DNA of 64,000 nt, taken from positions 960,001 to 1,024,000 of the forward strand of contig OZ220090.1 in the NCBI GenBank assembly GCA_964291625.2, written 5' to 3'. This document shows positions 10,466 to 20,682 of this stretch, in pieces. The stretch is from Candidatus Latescibacterota bacterium (GTDB lineage Bacteria > Latescibacterota > UBA2968 > UBA8231). The first letter of the stretch is position 1. Each line of letters begins with the position of its first letter. The notes beneath the pieces were generated by a model, which worked only from the letters and a program-made list of their open reading frames with translations, ran no database searches and was not told the origin of the DNA. The translations under genes were made by a program, and so were the position numbers.

Positions 10466-10903
10466 TCAGCCGGTGACGGCGGCGTGCATCTCCGTCCAGT
10501 CGTCCAGGTTGTTGAGGTTCACCGCGTCGAGGATCGAGCCGTCGTCGGCGACCCCGGCGGCCGACAGGATCGAGCCCCGGGTATCGTCGTCGTGGTCATA
10601 CCCGCGGATGGCGGCGTTGGAGGCGTCGATCTCGTCCTGGGGGATGCTGCCGCCCCGCTGCTGCACCACCCAGGCCTCGAACTGGGCATAGGTGGGCAGG
10701 TTGGACTTGATGTAGCCCACGGCCGAGTCGCGGTCGATGCCGAGCCCGTCGAGGACCATCTGGTCGAAGCCCTGGCCGCACTCGTCGTACCCGTCCTCGA
10801 GCTGGCCTCGGGCGCTCAGCAGCACCTTCGACCACAGCCTCGGCAGGTGGATCGCTCCGAGGGGGCCGGCCAGGTCCGAGCTGATCAGTGGAATCGTACC
10901 CAT
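10466..10903 (-). CDS. Small conserved protein, DUF5069-like
   Basis: GPLGAIHLPRLWSK...GFDQMVLDGLGID; strong GGAGG SD before ATG 10903. Confidence 0.7.
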   Translation of the reverse strand: MGTIPLISSDLAGPLGAIHLPRLWSKVLLSARGQLEDGYDECGQGFDQMVLDGLGIDRDSAVGYIKSNLPTYAQFEAWVVQQRGGSIPQDEIDASNAAIRGYDHDDDTRGSILSAAGVADDGSILDAVNLNNLDDWTEMHAAVTG

Positions 10904-11038
10904 TGTCGTTCCTCCGTGTGAGTGGGGGCGGAGATATAGGGCGGCCCCGTTTCGGGCGTCAAGCGGGTTGCCGGCCCTGTGCCGGCCGGCTATGCTGCAC
11001 GGCCACCGGATACCGAACCCGACACCAGGAGCGCGGAG

Positions 11039-12019
11039 ATGCACGTCGGCACCCAGCAGTTCAGCACCAGCGATCACGACCTGGAGTTCCTCGCCCGCCA
11101 CGGCGTGACCGCCAAGAACGAGAACAACATCACCTTCCATCGCGAGTACGGGTGGGACGTGAAGGAGCTGATCGAGAAGAAGGAGAGGTGCGAGCGCTTC
11201 GGCGTCGACATGGAGATGGTGGCGATCCCCGTCCACTCCCTCGGCGTCGACGGGTGCAGCACCCCCCACTACATGCGCGGCCGCTACGACGAGGGCGACA
11301 AGGAGATCGAGCTGGTCTGCAACATGATCCGCCAGGCTTCCGAGGCCTGCATCCCGGCGGTGAAGTACTTCCTGTGCGAGATGGAGAACCAGCGCACCGA
11401 GTCGGTCCCCCTCGGGCGGGGCAACTCGCGCTACAGCACCTGGGACCTGGAGAAGGCCGACGACTCGCCGCGCTACGACGAGCCGCTCACGGCGGAGCAG
11501 AACTGGGAGCGCATCACCTACTACCTGGAGCGGGTCGTGCCGGTGGCCGAGGAGTGCAAGGTGCGCATGGCCTGCCACCCCTGCGACCCGTGGCTGCCGC
11601 CGGGCTTCAAGGGCGTCGACCGCGTCCTCGGCGGCCCCGAGGGCTTCCGGCGCTTCATCACCATCTGCGAGAGCGACTACCACGGCGTCAACCTCTGCCT
11701 GGGCTGCATGGCCGAGGCCTCCACCGACCCGCGCAACGAGGTGCCCGAGATCATCCGCTACTTCGGGTCGCGCAACAAGATCTTCCTCTGCCACTTCCGC
11801 AACATCGTCGGCGGCCGCAACAAGTTCCAGGAGGTGTGGCCGGACGAGGGCGTCATGAGCATGCACCGCAACATCCGCGCCCTGCAGGAGGTCGGCTACC
11901 CGCACATGGTCGTGCCCGACCACGCCCCCGGCCATCCCGACTCCGACGCCTACCAGGCCTGGGCATACGAGTTCGGCTACATCCAGGCCATGATCCAGTC
12001 GGTGACCGACGAGGACTGA
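11039..12019 (+). CDS. uxuA: Mannonate dehydratase (UxuA) family protein
   Basis: VPVAEECKVRMACHPCDP, CHFRNIVG, DEGVMSM, VPDHAP, FGYIQAM. Confidence 0.8.
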   Translation: MHVGTQQFSTSDHDLEFLARHGVTAKNENNITFHREYGWDVKELIEKKERCERFGVDMEMVAIPVHSLGVDGCSTPHYMRGRYDEGDKEIELVCNMIRQASEACIPAVKYFLCEMENQRTESVPLGRGNSRYSTWDLEKADDSPRYDEPLTAEQNWERITYYLERVVPVAEECKVRMACHPCDPWLPPGFKGVDRVLGGPEGFRRFITICESDYHGVNLCLGCMAEASTDPRNEVPEIIRYFGSRNKIFLCHFRNIVGGRNKFQEVWPDEGVMSMHRNIRALQEVGYPHMVVPDHAPGHPDSDAYQAWAYEFGYIQAMIQSVTDED

Positions 12020-12040
12020 GCGCCCCGGGAGGCGCCGCTG

Positions 12041-14575
12041 CTACAGGGCGGCGGCCCTCCTCATCAGCTCGGCGCGGGCCTCGCCGAAGAGGGCGATCAG
12101 CCGCGCCCGCACGTCCTCGCCGCCGAAGACGCCGATGCGCTCGGCCCAGGCGGTGCCGCCCTCCATGTGGGTGAGCAGGTACTCGCCGTCGGCCTCCTCG
12201 TAGGCGGCCCTGCGGCCGACGTCGACGTAGACCGGCGACGAGTGGGCCATCACCGGGCCGGCGTCGGTGAAGTGCGGCCCCCAGCAGCGCGCCGCGATCC
12301 AGCAGGGGTGGCCGCACTCGATCTCCGTCTCGAGGGTGATCGCGCGCTCGCCCTCGTCCGCCGTCTCCCGCTCCCGGGGGACACCGTTGACCACCAGCTC
12401 CACCGCCGTCAGGGGCCAGACGCTCCAGGCCCGGGCCTCCACCTCCACGGTGCCGCCGTTGCCGGGCAGGTCGAGCTGGCCGCCCATGGGCACGCCGTCG
12501 ACGCGCAGGTCGATCATGGCGCCGGTGCTGGCGAAGGTCTGGCCCGAGCGCACCGCCCGGCACCAGTTGTCGAAGGTGAACTCCCGGCCCTCGGGGATCC
12601 GGGCATAGGTCCGCGAGCCCCCGAGGATGCGGCCGTTGGACATCTTGTCGGTGCCGCCGACGATGGGCAGCTTCTGGCCCACGTTCAGCCAGCGGTAGTA
12701 GCCGCGCTCGCCCTGGCCGATCTCCTCCCCCTCCCAGATCCAGCACATCTCCGCCGCATCCGCCTGGCCGAGGACGATGTTGGCGGCGTTCTCGAAGTCG
12801 GGCACCGGCATGTGGGGCATGATCACCAGGCCCCCCTGGGCGCGGCACTGCTCGGCCCAGTCCGCCATCAGGGCCTGGACCTCGCCGCCGACCCAGTCCT
12901 CCTGGGGGCCGCCCGTGCACATGGGGGCCACCAGCTCCCGCAGGCCCAGCAGGCTGATGTGGCCGAGGACGTGCTGGCGGTTCTCCTGGCTCACGTAGAC
13001 GAGGTGGTTCTCCGTCGACGTGGGGGCCACGCCGCCTGTGAACTCCTCCCAGCTGGTGAACAGCCGCCCCCACTGGCTGGCCAGCAGGTGGACCACGTTC
13101 AGGTCCTCCCCCTCCGCTTCGAGCGTGCTCGACTGGGAGGAGAGGAAGTGGACGTGGGTGTCCCCGGAGTAGAAGCCCTCGGCCTTCATGTCGAAGGCGC
13201 GCTCCACGGACAGGGTCAGGTGCCGCTGTCCCGGCTTGATCTCCACCTGGCGGCGGGCCGGCTCGTACTCGAAGCCGCGCACCACCTCGACGAAGCTGGC
13301 CCCCACGGGCAGCTCGATCTGGCAGGTGCCGTCGATGTAGGCGTACGGGGTGCCGCCGGTCTTGCAGTCGCCCCCCATGTCCTCGAACCAGGCGATGTTG
13401 ACGTCGGCCTGGTGGCCGTGGGGAGCGAGGTAGACCCCCTCCTTCGAGCGGAAGTGGACGCGGCAGCCCACCGGGTCTCCGGTGTCGGCGTCGACGACGC
13501 GCACGTGCACCCACTGCCGGCCCCCGCCGTCCACCACCTGGACGCGCACCGGTCCGGACTCGGCCTCGCCCCGCTCCAGGACCTCGCCCCAGCGGAAGCC
13601 GGCGCCGGCCTCCCCCGAGGTCACCTCCAGGTTGGCCAGGGGCGAGCCGTGGACCTCCACCTGCCCTCCCGCCACGACCTGCTGTCCGCCGCGGCCCCAG
13701 CCGGCCTCGTCCGTGGTCAGGAAGTCGCCGCCGGGGACGAAGAGGTCGTCCTGGCGCGCGACCACCCCCCGGTCGACGCCGATCTCCGGGGCCTCCCCGC
13801 CGCCCTCCACGGTCACCGCCACGGTGCGCCGCCGCTCCCAGTGGAAGGGGTCCTCCTCCTCGTGGCAGAGGGTGATTCCGCCCAGGACCAGCGGCGTCGG
13901 TGTCGCCGCCTCGAGGACGACCTCGGCGATCTCCGTCTCCGGACGGTCCACGGCCAGGTCGAAGAGCCACCAGCCGGTCAGGTCGCCGCCCATGGCGCCC
14001 GGCCCGCCGGCGGGACGGCCGTCGGCCCGGTCGTAGCGCGAGTACACGCCCACCTGGGCGCCGCCGTACCCGAGGGCCGGCTCGTGGAGGCTGGTGGAGT
14101 CGAAGTGGCGGCAGTTGCGGCAGAGGAAGGGATGGTGTCCCCAGGGCGCGTTGATGTCGTGGATCTCCCAGCGCCGGCGCAGGGGCTGCGACTTCTCGGA
14201 ACCGTCGGCGAAGCGGACCACGTAGCGGCCGAGGTCCTCGCCGGCCCCCTCGAGGGTAGCCCACTCCCCGTCGGCGGTGGCGCAGAGGTGGGCGAAGAGC
14301 AGGCGGCGGGCCCGGGCGCCCACGGGGATGGTGACGCTCGACACGGTGCCCTCCCCGGCCGCGGCGGCGACCACGAAGCGCCGGTCCGCGGCCTCTCCCG
14401 CCAGGTGGAAGGGGACGCCGAGGAAGAGGCACTCCCCCGCCGGCAGGCCGTCCAGGGCCGTCTCGTGGGGGTCGGCCCCGTGGGGCCACATCCAGCGGCC
14501 GCCGCCGAGATCGACGTTGCGCGTTCCGGCGTTGCAGAGGCTGGTCAGGTCCAGGGGCTGGAAGGAATCGTTCAT
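12041..14575 (-). CDS. CehA/McbA-family (PHP-like) metallohydrolase
   Basis: SGDTHVH, GHISLLG, IMPHMP, GGTDKM, GQTFASTG, AHSSPVYV. Confidence 0.8.
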   Translation of the reverse strand: MNDSFQPLDLTSLCNAGTRNVDLGGGRWMWPHGADPHETALDGLPAGECLFLGVPFHLAGEAADRRFVVAAAAGEGTVSSVTIPVGARARRLLFAHLCATADGEWATLEGAGEDLGRYVVRFADGSEKSQPLRRRWEIHDINAPWGHHPFLCRNCRHFDSTSLHEPALGYGGAQVGVYSRYDRADGRPAGGPGAMGGDLTGWWLFDLAVDRPETEIAEVVLEAATPTPLVLGGITLCHEEEDPFHWERRRTVAVTVEGGGEAPEIGVDRGVVARQDDLFVPGGDFLTTDEAGWGRGGQQVVAGGQVEVHGSPLANLEVTSGEAGAGFRWGEVLERGEAESGPVRVQVVDGGGRQWVHVRVVDADTGDPVGCRVHFRSKEGVYLAPHGHQADVNIAWFEDMGGDCKTGGTPYAYIDGTCQIELPVGASFVEVVRGFEYEPARRQVEIKPGQRHLTLSVERAFDMKAEGFYSGDTHVHFLSSQSSTLEAEGEDLNVVHLLASQWGRLFTSWEEFTGGVAPTSTENHLVYVSQENRQHVLGHISLLGLRELVAPMCTGGPQEDWVGGEVQALMADWAEQCRAQGGLVIMPHMPVPDFENAANIVLGQADAAEMCWIWEGEEIGQGERGYYRWLNVGQKLPIVGGTDKMSNGRILGGSRTYARIPEGREFTFDNWCRAVRSGQTFASTGAMIDLRVDGVPMGGQLDLPGNGGTVEVEARAWSVWPLTAVELVVNGVPRERETADEGERAITLETEIECGHPCWIAARCWGPHFTDAGPVMAHSSPVYVDVGRRAAYEEADGEYLLTHMEGGTAWAERIGVFGGEDVRARLIALFGEARAELMRRAAAL

Positions 14576-15553
14576 CCGTCTCCTCCGCCGGCGAGCACGC
14601 CGGCATAGTAGTCAAGGGGAAGGTTGCCGCCGCTGAGGACGCCCACGACCCGCTTCCCCGCCAGGCGCTCCCCCAGCCGGGCCGCCGCCGCCAGGGGCGC
14701 CGCCGCCGCGCCCTCGGCCACGAGCCGGGCGTCGCGGGCGTACCAGCGGATCGCCGCCTCGATCTCCGCGTCGTCCACGAGGACGAGGTCGTCGAGGTGG
14801 CGCCAGAGGATCTGCAGCGGCATCTCGAAGGGCACGCGCGTGGCCAGGCCCTCGTGGGCGGTCCCCATCTCCGCCTCCACGTCGAGGCGGCGCTGGGTCC
14901 AGGCCCGCCAGACCGCCGGAGCCGCCGAGGACTGCACGCCGATGACCTCGATCTCCGGGTTCCGGGCCTTGGCGACCAGGCAGGTCCCGGCGGCGCCGCT
15001 GCCGCCGCCCACCGGCACCAGGATCACCTCCGTGTAGGGGGCGGCCTCGAGGATCTCCACGGCCATGGTGCCGGCCCCGGAGATCAGCTCGGGCTCGTTG
15101 GCCGAATGCACGTAGCGGCGCCCCTCCCGCCGGGCCACCTCCTCCACCTCGACCCTCGCCTCGTCGAAGTCGCGGCCGTGGCGGCGCACCTCGGCCCCCA
15201 GCCGCTCCATGGCCTCCAGCTTGGCGGGGTTGGCGCCCTCGGCCGGGGCGTAGATCACCACCGAGGCGCCGAAGCGGGTGCCGGCCCAGGCCATGGCCTG
15301 GCCGTGGTTGCCGGTACTGGCGCTGATCAGGCCGCGGGACTCGCTCCTCCTGGGACAGGTGGCCCACCACGTTGAGGGCGCCGCGCACCTTGAAGGCGCC
15401 CACGGGCTGGAAGCTCTCGCACTTGACGCGGTAGTCGCAGCCGAGCCGCTTCGAGAGGGTTTCGCTGCGCACCAGGGGCGTGGGCGCCAGATGCCGGGCG
15501 ATGAAGGCCCGGGCCGCGTCGACGTCGGCCGCCGTGGGAGGAGGCCGGGTCAT
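14572..15553 (-). CDS. PLP-dependent threonine/serine dehydratase family; frameshift near 15340
   Basis: KCESFQPVGAFKVRG, SASTGNHGQ (after frame change), PVGGGSG, VLSGGN. Confidence 0.85.
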
Positions 15554-16329
15554 GGCCGGTGCTCCCGCACGGCGGCCAGGGCTTCGCCCAGGTGGCGGCG
15601 GTAGAGGTCGAGGTCGAGGCCGACGGCGAGGATGCGGTAGCCCTTGTCGAGCAGCTCCCGCGCCTCCTCGGCGGTGGCGGCGAGGCGGCCCAGGGCCTTG
15701 CCCTCGGCCTCGCAGGCGCGGCGCACCTCGTCCTCGGCGGCGAGGTAGTCGGGGTGGTCGAAGAGGCCCGGGCGGCCGCTGAAGTTGGCCAGGTCGAACT
15801 GGCCGATCCAGAGGACGTCGATCCCCTTGACGGCGGCGATCTCCGGGGCGTTGCGGACCCCCCAGGGGCTCTCGATCTGGGCGATGACCAGGGTGCGCTC
15901 GTTGGCCTGGCGCATCTTCTCCTCCAGCGGCTCGCCGGTGCGGTAGTCGTCGTGGGCGACTCCGAAGGCGGCTCCCCGGCGCCCGGTCAGGGGATAGCGG
16001 CAGAACCCGGCCAGGCTCCGGGCCTGGTCGGCGTCGTCGATCATCGGCGCCATGACCCCGAGGGCGCCGGCGTCGAGGACCCGCGCCGCGAAGTGGTACT
16101 CGGCGGTCGGGATGCGCACCAGGGGCACGGCGCCGGTGCAGCCGCAGGTGGCGACGAGGCCGCGGATCGTCTCCATCGACCAGGCCGTGTGCTCCATGTC
16201 GAAGAGGACGAACTCGGCGCCGGCGTTGTCGGCGAGGCGGGCCACGCCGGTGGTCCCGAACTCCATCACCATGGTGCCGAAGGACCGGCCGCCCTCCTGG
16301 AGGCGGCGCTTGACGGGGTTCTCTCTCAT
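15550..16329 (-). CDS. HpcH/HpaI family aldolase
   Basis: DMEH, PLVRIP, LDAGALGVMAPMI, QIES, IGQFDL. Confidence 0.92.
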   Translation of the reverse strand: MRENPVKRRLQEGGRSFGTMVMEFGTTGVARLADNAGAEFVLFDMEHTAWSMETIRGLVATCGCTGAVPLVRIPTAEYHFAARVLDAGALGVMAPMIDDADQARSLAGFCRYPLTGRRGAAFGVAHDDYRTGEPLEEKMRQANERTLVIAQIESPWGVRNAPEIAAVKGIDVLWIGQFDLANFSGRPGLFDHPDYLAAEDEVRRACEAEGKALGRLAATAEEARELLDKGYRILAVGLDLDLYRRHLGEALAAVREHRP

Positions 16330-17378
16330 CCCTCCCTCCTGCGGCAGGCGCAGGCCGCCAGCTTCGAACGGAAGCTCTCCGTCTCCAGCACCTCGCCGTT
16401 GACCACGTGGCCCGGGGCGCGCCCCTCGGAGACGGCGAGGATCCCGGCGAAGGCGCTCTCCCCCATGAGGCGGAAGCTCTCGTCCGTCCAGGCCAAGGCG
16501 TGGGGCGCCACGATCACGTTGTCCAGCCCGAGGATCGGGTCTCGCCGGATCGACGGGCTCCTCCTCGAAGACGTCGAGTAGCGGCGCCGGCGATGGCGCC
16601 TTCCCGCAGGGCCGCGGTCAGGGCCGCCTGATCGACGATCGGTCCGCGGGCGACGTTGATCAGGTGGGCCGTCGGCTTCATCCGGCTCCAGCTCCGCGGG
16701 GCCGATCAGATGGCGCGTCTCCTCGAAGTCAGGGTGCAGCAGATCAGGACGAAGTCCGCCCCGGCGAGCAGGTCCGGCAGCGATACCAGCCGCGCTCCCA
16801 GTCCCGGCGACGGTCTCCTCGGCGACGGCGGGATCGGCGGCCAGCAGGTCCATCTCGAAGGGCGCGCACAGGCGGCAGACCTCGCGGCCGATGTTGCCGA
16901 GACCCACCACGCCGAGGGTGCGCCCCCGCAGGCCGAGGCCCATGTGGTCGATCCTCTCCCCCCAGCGCCCCTCCCGCGTCAGCCGGTCCTTGGCCGGCAG
17001 CCGGTGGGCGAGGGCCAGGAGGAAGGCCATGGCGGCGCTGGCCACCGGCCGCCGCACCCCGTCGGGGGTGATCGTCAGGGCCGCCGCCGCCCGCGTGCAG
17101 GCGTCCACGTCCACCGAGTCGTAACCGACGCCGATGCGGGCCACCAGCGCCAGGCGGCCGGCGTCCTCCAGGGTGGCGGCCGAGATCCGCGGCCCCAGGA
17201 CGAGCAGGGCGTCGCAGTCGGCGGCGGCCTCGGGCGGGACCTCGTCGGCGCCCGTCTCCAGGCAGTGCCACTCTACGCCCGCGGCCCGGTCGAGGGGACC
17301 CAGGTCGATGTCGGGAAAGGCCTGGCGGCCGTCGGGCCGCAGGAAGTCGACGGTGAGGCCGACGCGGAACATCCTCAT
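16326..17378 (-). CDS. D-isomer-specific 2-hydroxyacid dehydrogenase; several internal compensating frameshifts (about 16545-16800)
   Basis: RIGVGYDSVD and GVVGLGNIG in frame; LINVARGPIVD and LDVFEEEP readable in shifted frames; VIVAPHA back in frame. Confidence 0.85.
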   Translation of the reverse strand: MRMFRVGLTVDFLRPDGRQAFPDIDLGPLDRAAGVEWHCLETGADEVPPEAAADCDALLVLGPRISAATLEDAGRLALVARIGVGYDSVDVDACTRAAAALTITPDGVRRPVASAAMAFLLALAHRLPAKDRLTREGRWGERIDHMGLGLRGRTLGVVGLGNIGREVCRLCAPFEMDLLAADPAVAEETVAGTGSAAGIAAGPARRGGLRPDLLHPDFEETRHLIGPAELEPDEADGPPDQRRPRTDRRSGGPDRGPAGRRHRRRRYSTSSRRSPSIRRDPILGLDNVIVAPHALAWTDESFRLMGESAFAGILAVSEGRAPGHVVNGEVLETESFRSKLAACACRRREG

Positions 17379-18169
17379 CCTCCTCCGGAGCGGATCCGGG
17401 CCTCGGCCTCGCTTAGAGCCGCGGGGTTGTCCCAGGCGGCGATCAGATCCGCCCGGGCCTGCTCGGTCGCGCCGCCCAGGCTCCCGCCCGCGGCGATCCG
17501 AGCCGCGCGGGCCTGCCCGGTTTCTCCGCCAAGTCGCTCGGTCTCCGCGATCAGGGCGGGCAGGGCGCGGACGACGTTGTCGACGATGGTCACGGTGGCG
17601 GCGCGGGCCGTGCGCGACAGCGGGTTCAGGTCGACGGTCAGGACCTGCCGCCCCATGCGGCGCAGGGCCTCGCAGCGGTCGCCGTCCTCGAGGGGGACGA
17701 AGATCACGTCCGCCCGCAGGAGTCCCTCGGGGTGGACGTAGCGGCGGTTCGAGTCCAGCCCCTCCAGGGCCGTCCCGGCCTCGGGGAGCAGGACCCGGTC
17801 GGCGCCATGGTCCTCCAGGTGGGCGGCGACGGCGCCCTCGCGCTCGCGGGAGCCGTGGAAGATGTTGACCTCCAGGGGCGCCCCGGTGATCCGCGAGAGC
17901 CGCACCAGCTCGCCGGGGACCAGGGCGGCGGCGTTGCCGTTCACCGAGAGCACCGGATGTTCGGCGGCCAGCAGCCAGGCCGCCGCCGCCTCGCAGGCGC
18001 GCAGGGCCCAGGGACCGCTCTCCTCCCCCAGCAGATAGTCGTAGGCCTCGCCGCGGCCGTGGGCGATCAGCCCGTGGGGCGAGGTGATCCCCGCCTCGAC
18101 GCCGGCCACGATCAGGTCCCGCGTCAGCAGGGAGGCGCGGCGCGGATGGCTGTCGGGGACGTCGGTCAC
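17375..18169 (-). CDS. Archaeal-type 4-phosphopantoate--beta-alanine ligase (phosphopantothenate synthetase, PPS)
   Basis: SHPR, GLIAHGRGEAYDYLLGE, SVNGN, VPLEDGDR, DLNPLSRT and IVDN are hallmark PPS motifs; GTG start overlaps the upstream TGA. Confidence 0.92.
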   Translation of the reverse strand: MTDVPDSHPRRASLLTRDLIVAGVEAGITSPHGLIAHGRGEAYDYLLGEESGPWALRACEAAAAWLLAAEHPVLSVNGNAAALVPGELVRLSRITGAPLEVNIFHGSREREGAVAAHLEDHGADRVLLPEAGTALEGLDSNRRYVHPEGLLRADVIFVPLEDGDRCEALRRMGRQVLTVDLNPLSRTARAATVTIVDNVVRALPALIAETERLGGETGQARAARIAAGGSLGGATEQARADLIAAWDNPAALSEAEARIRSGGG

Positions 18170-19015
18170 GGCTCGATCTTCACCCCGACCCGGCGGGTCG
18201 ACAGGGCGGTTTCGGTGGAGCCCGCGAAGGGGACGTCGCTGAAGACGGCGTTGCCGAGCATGATCATCGAGGCCTCGCCGCCGCCCCGGGTCACCTCTTC
18301 GACGGCGGCGCAGCACCCCTTCGTGGGCCATGAGGCCGCTGCCGGCGGCGAAGGCCCGGGACTCGCGGATGACGCGGCCCAGGTGCAGCGACGGCGCCTC
18401 GCGCAGATCCCCCAGGGCCGCCAGGGCTTCGTCCGCGGCGTCGTTGATCCGCCGGCGCCGCTCCGGGTCGGAGAGGATGTCCCGCGTGCGGATGGGGCCG
18501 AAGTACCGGTAGTGGATGGGGGCTCCCGGCTCCAGCGGCATGCGCTGCGCGGCGAGGGGGTCCCCGGCGACGAGCTTCACCAGGCAGCCGCCGTGGTACT
18601 GGGCGCAGACATCGCCGAGGCCGGTGAGGTTCTCCACCTCGGCCACGTGGGCGGCGTGGCCAGGGCGCGCTCGGACAGCCCCAGGTCGAGCAGGGCGTTG
18701 GCCGCGTACGCCGCCGCCAGCGACGAGGCCCCGCTGAGGCCGAAGCCGCTGCTCAGGGGCAGGGGCGTCTCGATCTCGACGGCCAGCGGCTGACCCGGGG
18801 CGATCCGCTGCAGCAGCGCCGCCACCGTCGGGAACTCGATCGCCTCGCCGTTGAAGCGTGATGCCGCCGTCCCCCCGCCGCACCGAGACGGTGGCCCCCT
18901 CGCGCACGGTGAGGCCGAGGCCGAGGGAGTGCATCCGCGCCGGGTCCTCGTGGGGGATCACCTTGAAGACGCCGGAGATGTTCCCCGGCGCCCAGGCGGC
19001 CGCCGTCTCAGCCAT
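18166..19015 (-). CDS. Archaeal-type pantoate kinase (PoK, GHMP superfamily); frameshifted
   Basis: APGNISGVF...SLGLG, LPLSSGFGLSGASSL (shifted frame), AHVAEV..TGLGDV, and ASMIMLGNAVF then stop at 18166 in a shifted frame. Confidence 0.88.
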
Positions 19016-19698
19016 GGACCGCCTCCGGCACCAGCCGCTGCTCGCGGAGCCAGCCCGGCAGCTGCGCCACGCCGTCGAGCAGGGCGAGAGGGGCGTAGGG
19101 GGCGAAGGCCGGCGCCCCGGTGGTGCCGCTGAGGACGGCGACGAAGCGGATTCCCCCCCGGCGCGCGGCCTCGGCGTCGGGGAGGCTGTCCCCCACGTAG
19201 AGCGACTCGCCGGCGTCGACGCCGAGACGCTCCAGGGCCAGGTGCAGGCAGCTCGGGGTCCGGCTTGTGCTCGGAGACGTCCTCCGCCCCGACCACGGCC
19301 CCCACAAGGTGCCGCAGCCCCTCGCGGTCGAGGATCCCCTCGATGCGGTAGCGGTACTTGGTGGAGGCGATGGCGCAGGAGATGCCACGGCCGTGCAGCT
19401 CCTCCAGCACGCCGGGGACGGCGTCGAAGACCACGGTGCCCGCCGCCATGACCCGGTCGGCGCGCTCGAGGAAGAGCCGGCCGAACTCCGCGCTGCGCGG
19501 GCGCTCCGCCTCGCCGTTGAGGGCGGCCACGATGTCGGGCACGGAGAGGCCGATGGTGCGCCGGATCTCCTCCTCCCCCGACAGGTCGAGCCCCATCCGC
19601 CGCTGCGCGTGACGGACGCAGTCGATGACGCCCACGGAGGAGTCCGCCAGGGTGTAGTCGAAGTCGAAGAGGACCGCCTTGAGCGGCGTCGGGCCCAT
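19008..19698 (-). CDS. HAD-family phosphatase (phosphoglycolate phosphatase-like); frameshift near 19255
   Basis: FDFDYTLADS, ASTK, KPDP, then YVGDSLPDAEAA in the next frame. Confidence 0.88.
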
Positions 19699-19703
19699 GG
19701 CGG

Positions 19704-20489
19704 TCACACCGGCGAGCCGGCGTTCACCCCCAGCCCGCGGCGGTAGGCCTCCAGGGAGAGCAGGTCTTCGGGTTCCACGTTGCCGATGTTGACCCGGGGC
19801 CCGAAGCGGTCGATCAGGTCGCGGCGCATGGCGTGGACGTGGTGCTCCTCCACCCCCGCGATCCAGGGTCCCGGAAGCTCGAACATCACCTTCTCCAGAC
19901 CCACGGCGGCGACGATCCCGTCGATGTCGGCCGCAGTCTCCGCGCCACCGTGGATCAGCTCCGCCGCCTCCACCAGCAGCAGGCTGGCCCCCGCCTCCAT
20001 GCACGCCTTCGCGTCGTCGGCCAGGGGGACGGCGTTGGCCAGGCCCTCCTTCTTCCCCACCTCGCCGAGCACCTTCAGCCCGAATTCCTCCACCGCCCGG
20101 GCGATGACCCCCTCCTTCCACCGCAGGCTCACCGGCGCGAGGTTGTCCGAGACCTCCACCCAGCGGTAGCCGGCCTCGACACACGCCGGCAGGTAGCGCT
20201 CCAGGCGGCCGTGCACCTCGGCGTACTCCAGGTACTGCCCCCCGGGGAAAGGCTCCACGTCCCACGACAGGTAGCGGTCGATCTTCTCCGTCAGCCGCGC
20301 CGGCGCGTGCAGCCGCGACAGGCCCACGGCGATCTTGGCGAAGTCGAAGTGGTCGGCCCCCATATCGGTCAGATCCCGCTGCCGCTGCGGCCCGATGCCC
20401 CAGTCGATGACCATGGTCAGCCCCGAGGCGCGGGGCTTGGCGGTACGCTCTCCGGCCAGGTGTCCGTCGAGTCCGTCGAAGGGATGCAA
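19704..20489 (-). CDS. comA: Phosphosulfolactate synthase (ComA) family
   Basis: KPRASGLTMVIDWG, DFAKIA, PGGQYLE, VEVSD, GEVGKK, VNIGNV, LEAYRRG. Confidence 0.88.
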   Translation of the reverse strand: MHPFDGLDGHLAGERTAKPRASGLTMVIDWGIGPQRQRDLTDMGADHFDFAKIAVGLSRLHAPARLTEKIDRYLSWDVEPFPGGQYLEYAEVHGRLERYLPACVEAGYRWVEVSDNLAPVSLRWKEGVIARAVEEFGLKVLGEVGKKEGLANAVPLADDAKACMEAGASLLLVEAAELIHGGAETAADIDGIVAAVGLEKVMFELPGPWIAGVEEHHVHAMRRDLIDRFGPRVNIGNVEPEDLLSLEAYRRGLGVNAGSPV

Positions 20490-20682
20490 GTGCGGGTCCT
20501 CATTGGTGGTGTTCGGAAGCGCGCTAACCTACGAAAGGCCCCCCACCCCGTCACGATGCTTGCCGCGCCGGACGGGAGCGGCCATGTTTGGCCCCCGCGC
20601 CGATTGAAAGCGGTTGCCGCCAGGCCGCACCCGGTCGGGAGGTAAGGCCACGACGCCCCGCCCTCAGCAGGAGGCACGAGAG

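Noticed and set aside
17375-19015. Apparent 546-aa PoK-PPS fusion ORF
   Set aside because: Produced by frameshifts. The PoK C-terminus (ASMIMLGNAVF...KIEP*) ends in another frame at 18166, overlapping the PPS GTG.
19704-20489. Complete coenzyme M biosynthesis
   Set aside because: No ComB or ComDE family genes here; ComA alone also occurs in sulfolactate producers.
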